From assembly GCF_902784195.1 (NCBI RefSeq), contig NZ_CACZTX010000014.1, positions 1 to 30,971 of the forward strand: a stretch of DNA of 30,971 bases, written 5' to 3'. The translations under genes were made by a program, and so were the position numbers. Each line of letters opens with the position of its first letter. Positions within the stretch are counted from its first letter, which is position 1. This stretch comes from an uncultured Methanobrevibacter sp. Its GTDB lineage: Archaea; Methanobacteriota; Methanobacteria; Methanobacteriales; Methanobacteriaceae. This document shows, in pieces, positions 1 to 8,830 of the stretch. The notes below the pieces were generated by a model, which worked only from the letters and a program-made list of their open reading frames with translations, ran no database searches and was not told where the DNA came from.

Positions 1-302
1 GCATGATTCAATTGGGCTATTGCAAAACAGTTTTCCTTGTGAATGGCATCTGTCAGTTTTTTAAAGCTGTCTATAACGGAATCATCTGCCATGGAAAGTT
101 GTCTTTGACTTGACTTGCCTTCTAAAGATATATAAGCATGTTCTGTAATTATAAGGCCAGTATATTCCGCTCTTTTCTTGTAGTAATCAATCAGTTCATC
201 ACTTGGCTTTCCTTCAATGCTCGCTTCCCTTGCCATAGGAGGCATAACTATACGATTTTTAAGGCAAATGTTTTTCAATTCTAATTTTTTTTCAAGCATC
301 AT
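1..302 (-). CDS. NADH:flavin oxidoreductase / Old Yellow Enzyme family, N-terminal part (runs off window start)
   Basis: Reverse-strand translation begins MMLEKKLELKNICLKNRIVMPPMAREASIEGKPSDELIDYY...; 'LKNRIVMPPMA' is the classic OYE-family N-terminal motif. Start at 302 or 299. Confidence 0.8.
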   Translation of the reverse strand, partial: MMLEKKLELKNICLKNRIVMPPMAREASIEGKPSDELIDYYKKRAEYTGLIITEHAYISLEGKSSQRQLSMADDSVIDSFKKLTDAIHKENCFAIAQLNH

Positions 303-379
303 TTTTTCACTTTTCTTTCAATAAATTTAATATATGACTTATCCATAATTATAATTACTTATTAATTTGAGCTGATATA

Positions 380-1177
380 ATGACTAAAAAAGCTATTGTA
401 TTCGATAACTCAGGAACATTATTGGAAAGGTTCAGGGTTATAAAGGATGTGTCTACAGGGGAATTTATTACTCATGTAAACTCTTTGGACTTGATTGACA
501 CTTGCTTGAATGCCGCACTTGTAGTTCTCCAATTCAATACAAGTCGTCTAAAGGACTTGGATCCAAATACATTGATAAGCGATTTTGTATTGGAAAACAA
601 CATAGAGTTTGACATCAGCTATTATTCAACAGAAGTTTCAAAAGAGGAAATCACAGCTATTCTGGAGAAGGATACAGCGGTCATCAAGGACATTACAGAC
701 ACTTTCCCACTATTGAAGGAAAGGGTTCCACATATGGAATTATGCAACGGTTCAGCTGTCATTATAGACATTGCAGAAGAGAGAATAGCTTACACTATAA
801 CATCTGCTGGCCAATTGTTCGGCGGTGTCAAGGACACAATAGCCAAGCTTCAGGATAAGGACATAGATGTTTTCATTGCTTCAGGTGACAGATCTGGTGC
901 TATCAAAAAGCTTGCAAACATCACTGGAATACCTGAAGACCATGCTTTTGCTACAGCAAGCACACATAGAAAAGCGGAAATTGTCTCAAAACTTCAGGAT
1001 GAAGGCTATAAAGTCATGATGGTTGGTGATGGCCCAAATGACATTTTGGCATTTGAGCAAGCGGACAGCGCTGTTTTAACAACTGAACAGAAAGATGGCG
1101 ATTTTCCAGATAAATTAAAAGGATATGCTGATTTTGTAATAGAAGACATTTCAGAAGTTCTTCAAATTGATTTTTAG
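380..1177 (+). CDS. HAD-superfamily hydrolase resembling the soluble P-type-ATPase-like phosphatases of methanogens
   Basis: 265 aa; FDNSGTLLE motif I (D-x-[ST]-G-T-L), VFIASGDRSGA motif II, KAEIVSKLQDEGYKVMMVGDGPNDILAFEQAD motif III/IV. Confidence 0.8.
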   Translation: MTKKAIVFDNSGTLLERFRVIKDVSTGEFITHVNSLDLIDTCLNAALVVLQFNTSRLKDLDPNTLISDFVLENNIEFDISYYSTEVSKEEITAILEKDTAVIKDITDTFPLLKERVPHMELCNGSAVIIDIAEERIAYTITSAGQLFGGVKDTIAKLQDKDIDVFIASGDRSGAIKKLANITGIPEDHAFATASTHRKAEIVSKLQDEGYKVMMVGDGPNDILAFEQADSAVLTTEQKDGDFPDKLKGYADFVIEDISEVLQIDF

Positions 1178-1222
1178 ACTAGCTATTTTAAGTTCTTATA
1201 CCTAGCCAAATTTTTTCTATTT

Positions 1223-1981
1223 TTACTTATTTTCACTTAAGAAATCCTCTATTACCTTTTTGCTTTTCATCACATTATCGAAATTATTCAATTCAATGAT
1301 TCCATTTTTCACATATTTCAATAAGTTCAAGTCAAGGGTACCGTCACCGATTGCTTGATGCTTATCCTTTATTCCATCATTGTCATTTATATGGTTATAT
1401 AGGATATTAGGAATCTTGAAGAAACTTTCCTGATCTTCGCATGTATTGACATGGCCTAAATCTATTGTAATGTTACAACCTGTCTCATTGGTAAGGTTTT
1501 CCAATTCATAGGCACGGTTTCCAAGATAGGAAAAGCGTTCTGGCATGTTTTCTATGGATATTTTAGCTTCCTTGTCCTCTGCATAAGCCACCAGTTCATG
1601 GGTTGTTTCAGTCAAGAATTCTAGTGCCATATCCCTTAGGTACTTTTCAGGCCTTCCTATTTTACCAGGGTGCGCTGTAATTCCGATAGCACCTATCTCA
1701 TCAGCAAGGTCAAGGCAATCCTTTGTCTGTTTCACAGACTCCTTACGTATTCCCGGATTAAGGCTTGCAAGGTTAATGTCAACATTCACTGCATGCATGT
1801 AGATATCCAAGTCATATGAGTGAAATACTTCAGTGATTTCCTTGTTTCCAAGCATTTCATCAGGTCTATATGGGCCTTCAGCCAATAGTTCAACACTATC
1901 AAAGCCATTTTCTACTGCTATATCAAGCATTTCATTTACATCTTTCATGAAAAGTGAAAGAAGTGAAAATCCTAATTTCAT
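1223..1981 (-). CDS. Sugar phosphate isomerase/epimerase, xylose isomerase-like TIM barrel
   Basis: 252 aa; MKLGFSLLSLF..., ISIENMPERFSYLG, LGHVNTCED, HINDNDGIKDKHQAIGDGTLDLN typical of AP endonuclease 2/isomerase family. Confidence 0.8.
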   Translation of the reverse strand: MKLGFSLLSLFMKDVNEMLDIAVENGFDSVELLAEGPYRPDEMLGNKEITEVFHSYDLDIYMHAVNVDINLASLNPGIRKESVKQTKDCLDLADEIGAIGITAHPGKIGRPEKYLRDMALEFLTETTHELVAYAEDKEAKISIENMPERFSYLGNRAYELENLTNETGCNITIDLGHVNTCEDQESFFKIPNILYNHINDNDGIKDKHQAIGDGTLDLNLLKYVKNGIIELNNFDNVMKSKKVIEDFLSENK

Positions 1982-2170
1982 TTCAATCCCCGTGTTGTAA
2001 TTTAGTATAAATTATTTTTTATTTAAATTAAAATTAGCTATTAAAAAATTTTTAAAATTTTCATCTTTTTCATTGATAGATAATGGAATCAATTAAGATT
2101 CCAATCATCTACCAATCCTTTGATTTATTGATGTTATGTGGATAATCATAATTTAGATTTAGTAAGTATC

Positions 2171-2815
2171 TTACAAATGATTAAACAATGTCCAAATTTC
2201 AGGATACTTTTCAGCTATTGCAGCATCTATCAAGTCTGATGCTTCACTGCTTATGCTGAATTCAGGTTCGGTTTTTCTCAAGTACCTTAGTACAGCTGCT
2301 GATTTTGCTGACCATAAAGTGATTCTTGGGTTTTTTTCCACAGTTTCGATGACTTCATCTACTAGTTTCTCTTCTTTTTCTGAGAGAAGACTACCAACTT
2401 CTTTTATATCATCAGAAGCTTCAATTATTTCACTACTTGCATCAGTTTCTTCATTTAAATTAACTGTAGAATCAATATTTTCTACACTTTTTTCTGAACT
2501 GATTTTTTCTTCAGTTTTTATCTCATCATCTTCCACTTTTTCATCGTCATTGAAGAAAACATTTGTGTACTCGGATGAGTCTTTAGGTTTTTCATCTTCA
2601 ACATCTGCTGATTTTTCTAAAACTTGAAGTTCATCTTCACCATCAAATTCCTCTTCAACTTCTTCCACCAGTTCTTCAAATGTTTTTGACTCATCTTCGG
2701 ATTCCCTTAATAAATCTTCAAGACTAATGCCCTCTTCGACTTCTGTCTCTTCGATCTTTGGAATCAATGAATCCAATCCTCTTCCTAATCCTGTATTCTT
2801 TTCCTTTTTAGCCAT
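2171..2815 (-). CDS. ParB-N-terminus-like protein (GLGRGLDSLIP peptide) with acidic linker and short helical C-terminal domain; no ParB CTPase/HTH domain visible
   Basis: 214 aa, MAKKEKNTGLGRGLDSLIPK followed by a Glu/Asp-rich region; immediately downstream of the parA-like gene on the same strand. Confidence 0.7.
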   Translation of the reverse strand: MAKKEKNTGLGRGLDSLIPKIEETEVEEGISLEDLLRESEDESKTFEELVEEVEEEFDGEDELQVLEKSADVEDEKPKDSSEYTNVFFNDDEKVEDDEIKTEEKISSEKSVENIDSTVNLNEETDASSEIIEASDDIKEVGSLLSEKEEKLVDEVIETVEKNPRITLWSAKSAAVLRYLRKTEPEFSISSEASDLIDAAIAEKYPEIWTLFNHL

Positions 2816-2904
2816 TTTACCAAACCCTTTCGTGTTTAAAATTTAAAATTTAATTATAATTCATAATCATCAAAATCATTGTTCTAAATCAATATATCCT
2901 CTCT

Positions 2905-3690
2905 TTATTTTCCATCTCTTTCCAATATTTCCTTAGCAAGTTTCAAGTAAGCTATTGCTCCTTTACTTTCTGGATCATAGACAATACATGGTTTTCCATA
3001 ACTAGGAGCTTCTGCCAAACGTATGTTCCTTGGAATTACTGTATTGAATACATATTCCTTGTCCTTGAAGTATTTTTTTAGTTCGGAATAGACTTCCCTT
3101 CCTAACCGGGTTCTTGCATCATACAGTGTTAGAAGTATTCCCTTGATAGGTGTTGGGCTTCTTAATCTAGTTTCCACAAGCTTGATTGTATTCATTAAAT
3201 CCGCTAATCCTTCAAGTGCAAAGTATTCCGCTTGAATTGGTATCAATACGCTGTCTGCTGCTATCAATGAATTTATTGTAATTATTCCTAGAGATGGTGG
3301 CAGGTCTATAATAATGTAATCAAAAATGCCTTTAATCGGTTCAAGTAAGTTTTTCAATGCTATATGATAGTTAGCTTCCTTGCTTAATTCCACTTCGATA
3401 CCACTTAAGTCGATATTGCTTGGTAGTATGAATAGGTTTTCAATTTTAGTAGGAATTGTTGCTTTTTGAACGCTGCATTCGTTTACTAAAGCAGTGTATA
3501 CTGTCTTCTTGATTTCTGTTTTATTTATCCCAAAACTTGTGGTAGCATTAGCTTGAGGATCCATGTCAACTACAAGCACTGCCTTTCCCATTGCAGCAAG
3601 TGATGTTGCCAAATTAACTACTGTTGTAGTCTTACCACATCCGCCTTTTTGATTCATTACGGCACTTAGAAGTTTTTTCTTAGCACTTAT
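2905..3690 (-). CDS. parA: ParA/Soj-family ATPase (called ORF is 2905..3657; real N-terminus probably extends to about 3690)
   Basis: NQKGGCGKTTTVVNLATSLAAMGKAVLVVDMDPQANAT deviant Walker A; IIIDLPPSLGII Walker B. In-frame upstream codons encode ISAKKKLLSAV, restoring strand beta-1; GAGG SD on the minus strand at 3700-3703. Confidence 0.85.
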   Translation of the reverse strand: MSAKKKLLSAVMNQKGGCGKTTTVVNLATSLAAMGKAVLVVDMDPQANATTSFGINKTEIKKTVYTALVNECSVQKATIPTKIENLFILPSNIDLSGIEVELSKEANYHIALKNLLEPIKGIFDYIIIDLPPSLGIITINSLIAADSVLIPIQAEYFALEGLADLMNTIKLVETRLRSPTPIKGILLTLYDARTRLGREVYSELKKYFKDKEYVFNTVIPRNIRLAEAPSYGKPCIVYDPESKGAIAYLKLAKEILERDGK

Positions 3691-3728
3691 TAGTCACAAC
3701 CTCATAGTTATTACTTATATATTATAAT

Positions 3729-3862
3729 TTATAAGTTATACTATATAAGTTTTAAGTTATATCTTATTACTTTTACTTTATAATTTATCATTTATAAGTT
3801 TTTACTTTTAACTTATTTCTTATAATTTTATAAGTTATTAGTTATAACTTATAACTTATAAC
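3729..3862. repeat. Iteron-like AT-rich array of TTATAAGTTAT / ATAACTTATAA boxes upstream of parA
   Basis: TTATAAGTTATA 3729-3740; TATAAGTT 3744-3751; TTAAGTTAT 3752-3760; TTATAAGTT 3792-3800; TTATAAGTTAT 3828-3838 inverted against ATAACTTATAA 3844-3854; tandem ATAACTT x2.7 at 3844-3862. Confidence 0.55.
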
Positions 3863-3953
3863 TAAAAATTATCATAAGAAATAAGAAAAATATAAGAAAA
3901 AATACCTAAAAATAGATGAAAATATTAGAAAAATTCATTAAAAAGAGAGAGAA

Positions 3954-3975
3954 GTTATCACTTATAAGTGATAAC
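3954..3975. promoter_or_regulatory. Perfect 22-bp palindrome GTTATCACTTATAAGTGATAAC; candidate operator or centromere-like site upstream of parA
   Basis: GTTATCACTTA / TAAGTGATAAC arms with no mismatch, no spacer. Confidence 0.6.
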
Positions 3976-4054
3976 AAGAGTTTTTGTTTGTATAAAATCA
4001 GTATTCTATGTAAAAAACAATAAAAAATAAGAAAAAAATAATGGATAAGGAAAT

Positions 4055-5356
4055 CTATTTTGAGTTTTCCATAGATCCATCCATATAACTTGCATAACCT
4101 TTAAAGTCCATTAAACCATGGCCAGAGAAGTTAACAACAATAGTTTTTTCTTCACCAGTTTCCTTACATTTTTTAGCTTCATCAATAGCTGCCTTGATTG
4201 CATGGTTTGTTTCAGGTGCTGGAATGATTCCTTCGCACATTGCAAACATTTTACCTGCTGCAAATACATCTCTTTGGTGAACAGCTACAGGTTTGATGTA
4301 GCCTAAGTCTCTAAGCAAGGACACTTGTGTGTTCATACCGTGGTATCTAAGTCCACCTGCATGTACAGAAGGAGCAACGAAGTTGTGTCCTAATGTAAAC
4401 ATCTTCAAGAGAGGAGTGAATCCAACTTCATCACCAAAGTCGTATCTGTATTCCCCTTGAGTCAAAGTAGGACATGCAGAAGGCTCTACAGCTATGAATT
4501 CAGTATCAGAATTGCCTTGGATCTTGTCTTTAATGAATGGGAACAATGACCCACCAAAGTTACTTCCTCCACCAACACAAGCAATCATAGTGTCTGGCTC
4601 TTCTTCAACTTTTTCAAGTTGCAATTTAATTTCCTGACCGATTGTAGTTTGATGCAAGATAACGTGGTTCAATACACTTCCTAATGTGTATTTTACCTTA
4701 TCATCAGTCAAAGCATCCTCTACAGCTTCAGAAATAGCTATTCCAAGGGAACCTGGAGTGTCTGGATTTTCTGCAAGAACTTTTCTACCCACTTCAGTAT
4801 GTTCACTTGGGGAAGCATGAACCTCTCCGTCATACAATTGCATGATTGTTTTTCTGAAAGGCTTTTGGTCATATGAAACCCTTACCATATAAACGGTACA
4901 ATCGATTCCCATCATGGAAGCTGCAAGGGATAATGCAGTACCCCATTGTCCTGCACCGGTTTCTGTGGTAATTCTTTCAATGCCTTCCTTTTTAGCATAG
5001 TATGCTTGAGCTATTGCACTGTTTAGCTTGTGACTTCCTGTAGGAGATGTATCTTCCCGCTTATAATAGATTTTTGCGGGCGTATTAAGTTTTTCTTCCA
5101 ATCCTCTTGCTCTAACTAAAGGAGTAGGTCTTCCTAATCTTTGGTAGAGTTCCCTTACTTCTTTTGGGATACTGATGTATCTGTCAGTAGCGAACTCTTG
5201 ATTAAGACATTCGTTTACGAATATTTGAGGTAATGTGCTTATTTGATCCTTTCCTTCACTGTTTTTAGGAGCAGGAAGTTCTACAGGTAAATCAGCGTTA
5301 ATATTGTACCATTTGGTTGGTACTTCGTCATTGGATAAATCAATTCTGTATTGCAT
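4055..5356 (-). CDS. trpB2: Tryptophan synthase beta-like protein, TrpB2 type
   Basis: 433 aa; LGRPTPLVRARGLEEKL...IYYKREDTSPTGSHKLNSAIAQAYYAKKEG (PLP lysine region), ETGAGQWG, GGGSNFGG. Confidence 0.93.
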   Translation of the reverse strand: MQYRIDLSNDEVPTKWYNINADLPVELPAPKNSEGKDQISTLPQIFVNECLNQEFATDRYISIPKEVRELYQRLGRPTPLVRARGLEEKLNTPAKIYYKREDTSPTGSHKLNSAIAQAYYAKKEGIERITTETGAGQWGTALSLAASMMGIDCTVYMVRVSYDQKPFRKTIMQLYDGEVHASPSEHTEVGRKVLAENPDTPGSLGIAISEAVEDALTDDKVKYTLGSVLNHVILHQTTIGQEIKLQLEKVEEEPDTMIACVGGGSNFGGSLFPFIKDKIQGNSDTEFIAVEPSACPTLTQGEYRYDFGDEVGFTPLLKMFTLGHNFVAPSVHAGGLRYHGMNTQVSLLRDLGYIKPVAVHQRDVFAAGKMFAMCEGIIPAPETNHAIKAAIDEAKKCKETGEEKTIVVNFSGHGLMDFKGYASYMDGSMENSK

Positions 5357-5422
5357 AATATCACTTTTTGTTTTTTAAATAATCTATTGTAAAAATTTTT
5401 TAAGAATGTCCTTTAATCATTC

Positions 5423-5478
5423 TGTACTAATATTATGTATAATGTACTATATAAAGCTTTGTAGTACATATTTGTACA
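5423..5478. promoter_or_regulatory. Four TRP-box-like hexamers (TGTACT, TGTACT, AGTACA, TGTACA) around the trpB2 TATA element
   Basis: Boxes at 5423-5428, 5443-5448, 5463-5468, 5473-5478 (spacings 20, 20, 10 bp); minus-strand TATA-like TTTATATA at about 5449-5456, 67-122 bp upstream of the trpB2 ATG. Confidence 0.6.
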
Positions 5479-5634
5479 TTAAAGAACTTAAATATTAATC
5501 TCTTTAAGTTATATTTCTACCATTATTTTTAAGAAAAAACAAATATTTAGGCATTATTTTTCACTTTAATGATTTTTATTCATTTTTTCATCAATTCAAA
5601 AAAATTTAAATATTTACAAAATAAATAAAAAACT

Positions 5635-6693
5635 ATGAAAATTTTAGCTATTGATGTAGGAACCGGTACTGAAGACATTCTATTGTATGACAGTGAAAAA
5701 GAGATTGAAAATTCAATGAAATTGGTCATCCCTTCTCCTCATTTAACCATTGGCCAGATGATATCCGAATGCGAAAGTGACATTTACTTTGACGGCGTCA
5801 TTATGGGTGGGGGAAAGATCAAGGATAGATGTCTTGAACATATGGAAAAAGGATATAAAGTTGCTTTTGAGGATTTGGCAGCAAGAACCATCCGTGACAA
5901 TATAGATCAGGTAAAGTCATATGGGTTTGAAGTTGTTGAAGAAAATGCTTATGAAAAGGATTCTGCCTATTCAAATTATACAAAAATTTCATTAAAAGAT
6001 GTGGATGTAAACCATTTGATTGAGATATTCTCTTCATTTGACCTAGACTTGAAGGTTGATGAGCTTATAGTGGCTGTTCAAGATCATGGATACAGTGAGG
6101 ATATGGGGGATAGGGACTTTAGATTCGAGAAAATCAAGGAAAAGCTTCCAGAACCTAAAGAGCCTGAAACATTTGCAATGGAAGCTGAAAAAGTTCCTGA
6201 ATACTTTACAAGGATGCAATCTGTAATAAAGTCATTAGCTAAAGATAATCCTGAATTTAAGCCGGTTCTCATGGATACAAAATTTGCATCAATCGCTGGT
6301 GTATGCTACGATAAGGAAGTTCTAAAGTTAAACAGCTTTGTTGTTATGGATATAGGAAACGGCCATACTACTGTAGCATCAATTGAAGACGGTAAAATAC
6401 AAGGTGTATTCGAGCACCACACAAGAGATTTAACTTCTCAAAGACTTGAAGAACTCGTTTTAGCCCTTGCTGACGGAACAATTAAGCATGAGGATGTCCA
6501 TGGTGAAGGAGGTCATGGTGCATTTGCATTGAATCCTATTTCAAAATTGGAAAAGGTTATTGTTGCAGGTCCAAAAAGAGCATTGATTGAAGGAACAGAT
6601 CTTGATTATTATCATGCAGCTCCCGGTGGAGATGTTATGATGACTGGAACTGTTGGCCTTGTAAAGTCAATGGAATTCTTAAGAAAAAAATAA
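5635..6693 (+). CDS. DUF1786-family protein (actin/ASKHA-like nucleotide-binding signatures)
   Basis: 352 aa; MKILAIDVGTGTEDILLYD at N-terminus, FVVMDIGNGHTTVASI in the second half, typical of the methanogen family often labelled PFL-activating-enzyme-related. Confidence 0.65.
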   Translation: MKILAIDVGTGTEDILLYDSEKEIENSMKLVIPSPHLTIGQMISECESDIYFDGVIMGGGKIKDRCLEHMEKGYKVAFEDLAARTIRDNIDQVKSYGFEVVEENAYEKDSAYSNYTKISLKDVDVNHLIEIFSSFDLDLKVDELIVAVQDHGYSEDMGDRDFRFEKIKEKLPEPKEPETFAMEAEKVPEYFTRMQSVIKSLAKDNPEFKPVLMDTKFASIAGVCYDKEVLKLNSFVVMDIGNGHTTVASIEDGKIQGVFEHHTRDLTSQRLEELVLALADGTIKHEDVHGEGGHGAFALNPISKLEKVIVAGPKRALIEGTDLDYYHAAPGGDVMMTGTVGLVKSMEFLRKK

Positions 6694-7067
6694 AATTTAT
6701 ATATTTATTATAATCATTATAATATAGTTAGATTCAATTTTACATTTAATAATAATTTAATAAAATCTTATAAAATCAATGTATTTACATACATTTTTCT
6801 TATTTTTCTATTTTTTCTTATCACTTTTATTCTTTATTCAGTAATTTTATTCTAATATTTTCTCATTTCCTAGTAACTTTTTTATTTTTCCTTGCAACTT
6901 TTTTCTAGTATACAGTAAATTTTTTTTCAAGATATTTTTAGTTTTTTGAAATTTTTCACTGATATTTATGGATATATAAAAAAAGTTTATAATGGATTAA
7001 TGCTAATATAACAATTGATAATATTAATCAATAGTAATTTTATTTTATACAATAAACGAGGCATAAT

Positions 7068-7733
7068 ATGAAATTTGATCCGCATATCCATAGTGTTTAT
7101 TCAGGTGATTCCCGTTCAGAAGTTATCGATATTTTGATCCAAGCTGAAAAGAAAGGTTTAGATGCTATTGCAATCAGTGATCATAATGAGATAAAAGGCT
7201 CAAGACTTGCTAGGTCTTATGGCGGAAGCATTATTGTAGTTCCATCAATAGAAATTTCATCCGACAAAGGCCATATTTTAGGATTAGGTGTAGATGAAAT
7301 AATTCCAAAAGGATTGTCTGCTGTAGAAACTGTAGACCGGATCCATGATGCAGGTGGACTAGCTATTGTTCCTCATCCGTTTTCATATTATAGGCATGGT
7401 CTTTTCTGCAAGGTTGACAAGAATCTCAGTGTGGATGGAGTGGAAACAAAAAATGCGAGATACATTTTCGGATACTCCAACAAGCAGGCAGAAACTTTGG
7501 CATACAATAAAAGACTTGCAACTTTAGGTGCCAGTGACTCTCATTTTCTCAAATCTGTAGGAGATGCATTCACTGAAGTCAATACCAAGGGAAATGATTC
7601 TGTAGATGGAATCCTAAAAGCAATTAAGCATAGACGTTGCAAGGCAATGGGTCATAGGACAAGCAATTTCCTGATAGCTAAGGAAGTCTTTGTAAAAAAA
7701 GTCCTTAGAAGATATCCTAAAAGAGAAGAGTAA
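7068..7733 (+). CDS. PHP-domain metal-dependent phosphoesterase
   Basis: MKFDPHIHSVYSGDSR (HxH), AISDHNEIKG, VPSIEIS, IVPHPF, GASDSHFL motifs; GAGG SD upstream. Confidence 0.88.
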   Translation: MKFDPHIHSVYSGDSRSEVIDILIQAEKKGLDAIAISDHNEIKGSRLARSYGGSIIVVPSIEISSDKGHILGLGVDEIIPKGLSAVETVDRIHDAGGLAIVPHPFSYYRHGLFCKVDKNLSVDGVETKNARYIFGYSNKQAETLAYNKRLATLGASDSHFLKSVGDAFTEVNTKGNDSVDGILKAIKHRRCKAMGHRTSNFLIAKEVFVKKVLRRYPKREE

Positions 7734-7769
7734 TTGAAATCATAATTGATATGGATATGTGATGATAAT

Positions 7770-8627
7770 ATGCCTACTGTAGACACTTTTCTTCCAGATA
7801 TTATACAAACTACTTTTTTCTCTGGATACACTGTTTTCAATACAATAGTCTATACACTAATTTTAGTGATCTTCATATTGGCAATCATTAAAATGTTTAA
7901 GAAGTTGGAGATTGATCCGCTTTCAATTTTCTATTCAATCATTCCATTTATTTTTCTGGGATCTTCAACTCGAGCTTTAGTGGATAATGGAATTCTTCTA
8001 AAAACTGTTTTTCTAATCACCCCTGGACTTTACATTCTTATAGGATTGATAACAATAGTATCATTTTTATTTTCCATTTATCTATTCAATAAAAAAGGAA
8101 TTGATTATAGATATTCATTATTTTCCTTAGGTGTGATCTTTTCATTGCCTAATATAATATTTTTTTCAAATGTAAATTACACTGCACTGATTAATGTCAT
8201 CTTGACATGGATATTGTCATCATTGATATTTATTGGAATCGTGTTTTTAGTTTTATACATTCGAAACAATATTTTCAAAACTGAGGATAAGATCAATCTT
8301 TCAAAGTTCATTGAAAAAATAAAAAAATATAAAATTAATTTTTCCATTGTGCTTGCACATTTGTTCGATGCATCAACAACATATGTTGCTGTAGAATACT
8401 TCAATTATGTGGAACAGCATGTTTTACCAAATGCTATAAATCAGCTATTCGATACATATCTTACATTATTTCCTATGAAAATTATAGTCATAGTTGCAGT
8501 ATTATACATAATCGACCAATATTTCGATGACTTAACAATCAAAAATCTATTAAAATTAACAGTATTTGTATTAGGATTAGCACCAGGATTAAGGAATATT
8601 TTGACATTAATTCTTGGTACTGTATGA
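7770..8627 (+). CDS. DUF63-family multi-spanning membrane protein (called ORF starts at TTG 7746; ATG 7770 preceded by GTGAT looks better)
   Basis: Repeated hydrophobic segments; IPFIFLGSSTRALVDNG and LAHLFDASTTYVAVEYF signatures of methanogen DUF63 proteins. Confidence 0.75.
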   Translation: MPTVDTFLPDIIQTTFFSGYTVFNTIVYTLILVIFILAIIKMFKKLEIDPLSIFYSIIPFIFLGSSTRALVDNGILLKTVFLITPGLYILIGLITIVSFLFSIYLFNKKGIDYRYSLFSLGVIFSLPNIIFFSNVNYTALINVILTWILSSLIFIGIVFLVLYIRNNIFKTEDKINLSKFIEKIKKYKINFSIVLAHLFDASTTYVAVEYFNYVEQHVLPNAINQLFDTYLTLFPMKIIVIVAVLYIIDQYFDDLTIKNLLKLTVFVLGLAPGLRNILTLILGTV

Positions 8628-8830
8628 TTGAAATTTTATGAAAATTTAAAAAATTTTTCTTCAAGTTTCGAAAAATATTTTTTTTCAAATTTTATAATAT
8701 ATATTTTTAAAAATAGTAAAAAAGATTAAAAAAATAATAAATGAAAAAAGATGAAAAATAATAAAAAATAAAAAAATGTAAAAGAAGAAAAAATAGTAAA
8801 ATGAAAAATTGTTTAAAAAATAAAAAAAGT

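Noticed and set aside
2253-2627. Plus-strand 124-aa ORF (MLNSGSVFLKYLS...)
   Set aside because: Antisense to the Glu/Asp/Ser-rich linker of the ParB-peptide protein; low-complexity Ser/Phe composition expected from complement of GAA/GAT-rich codons.
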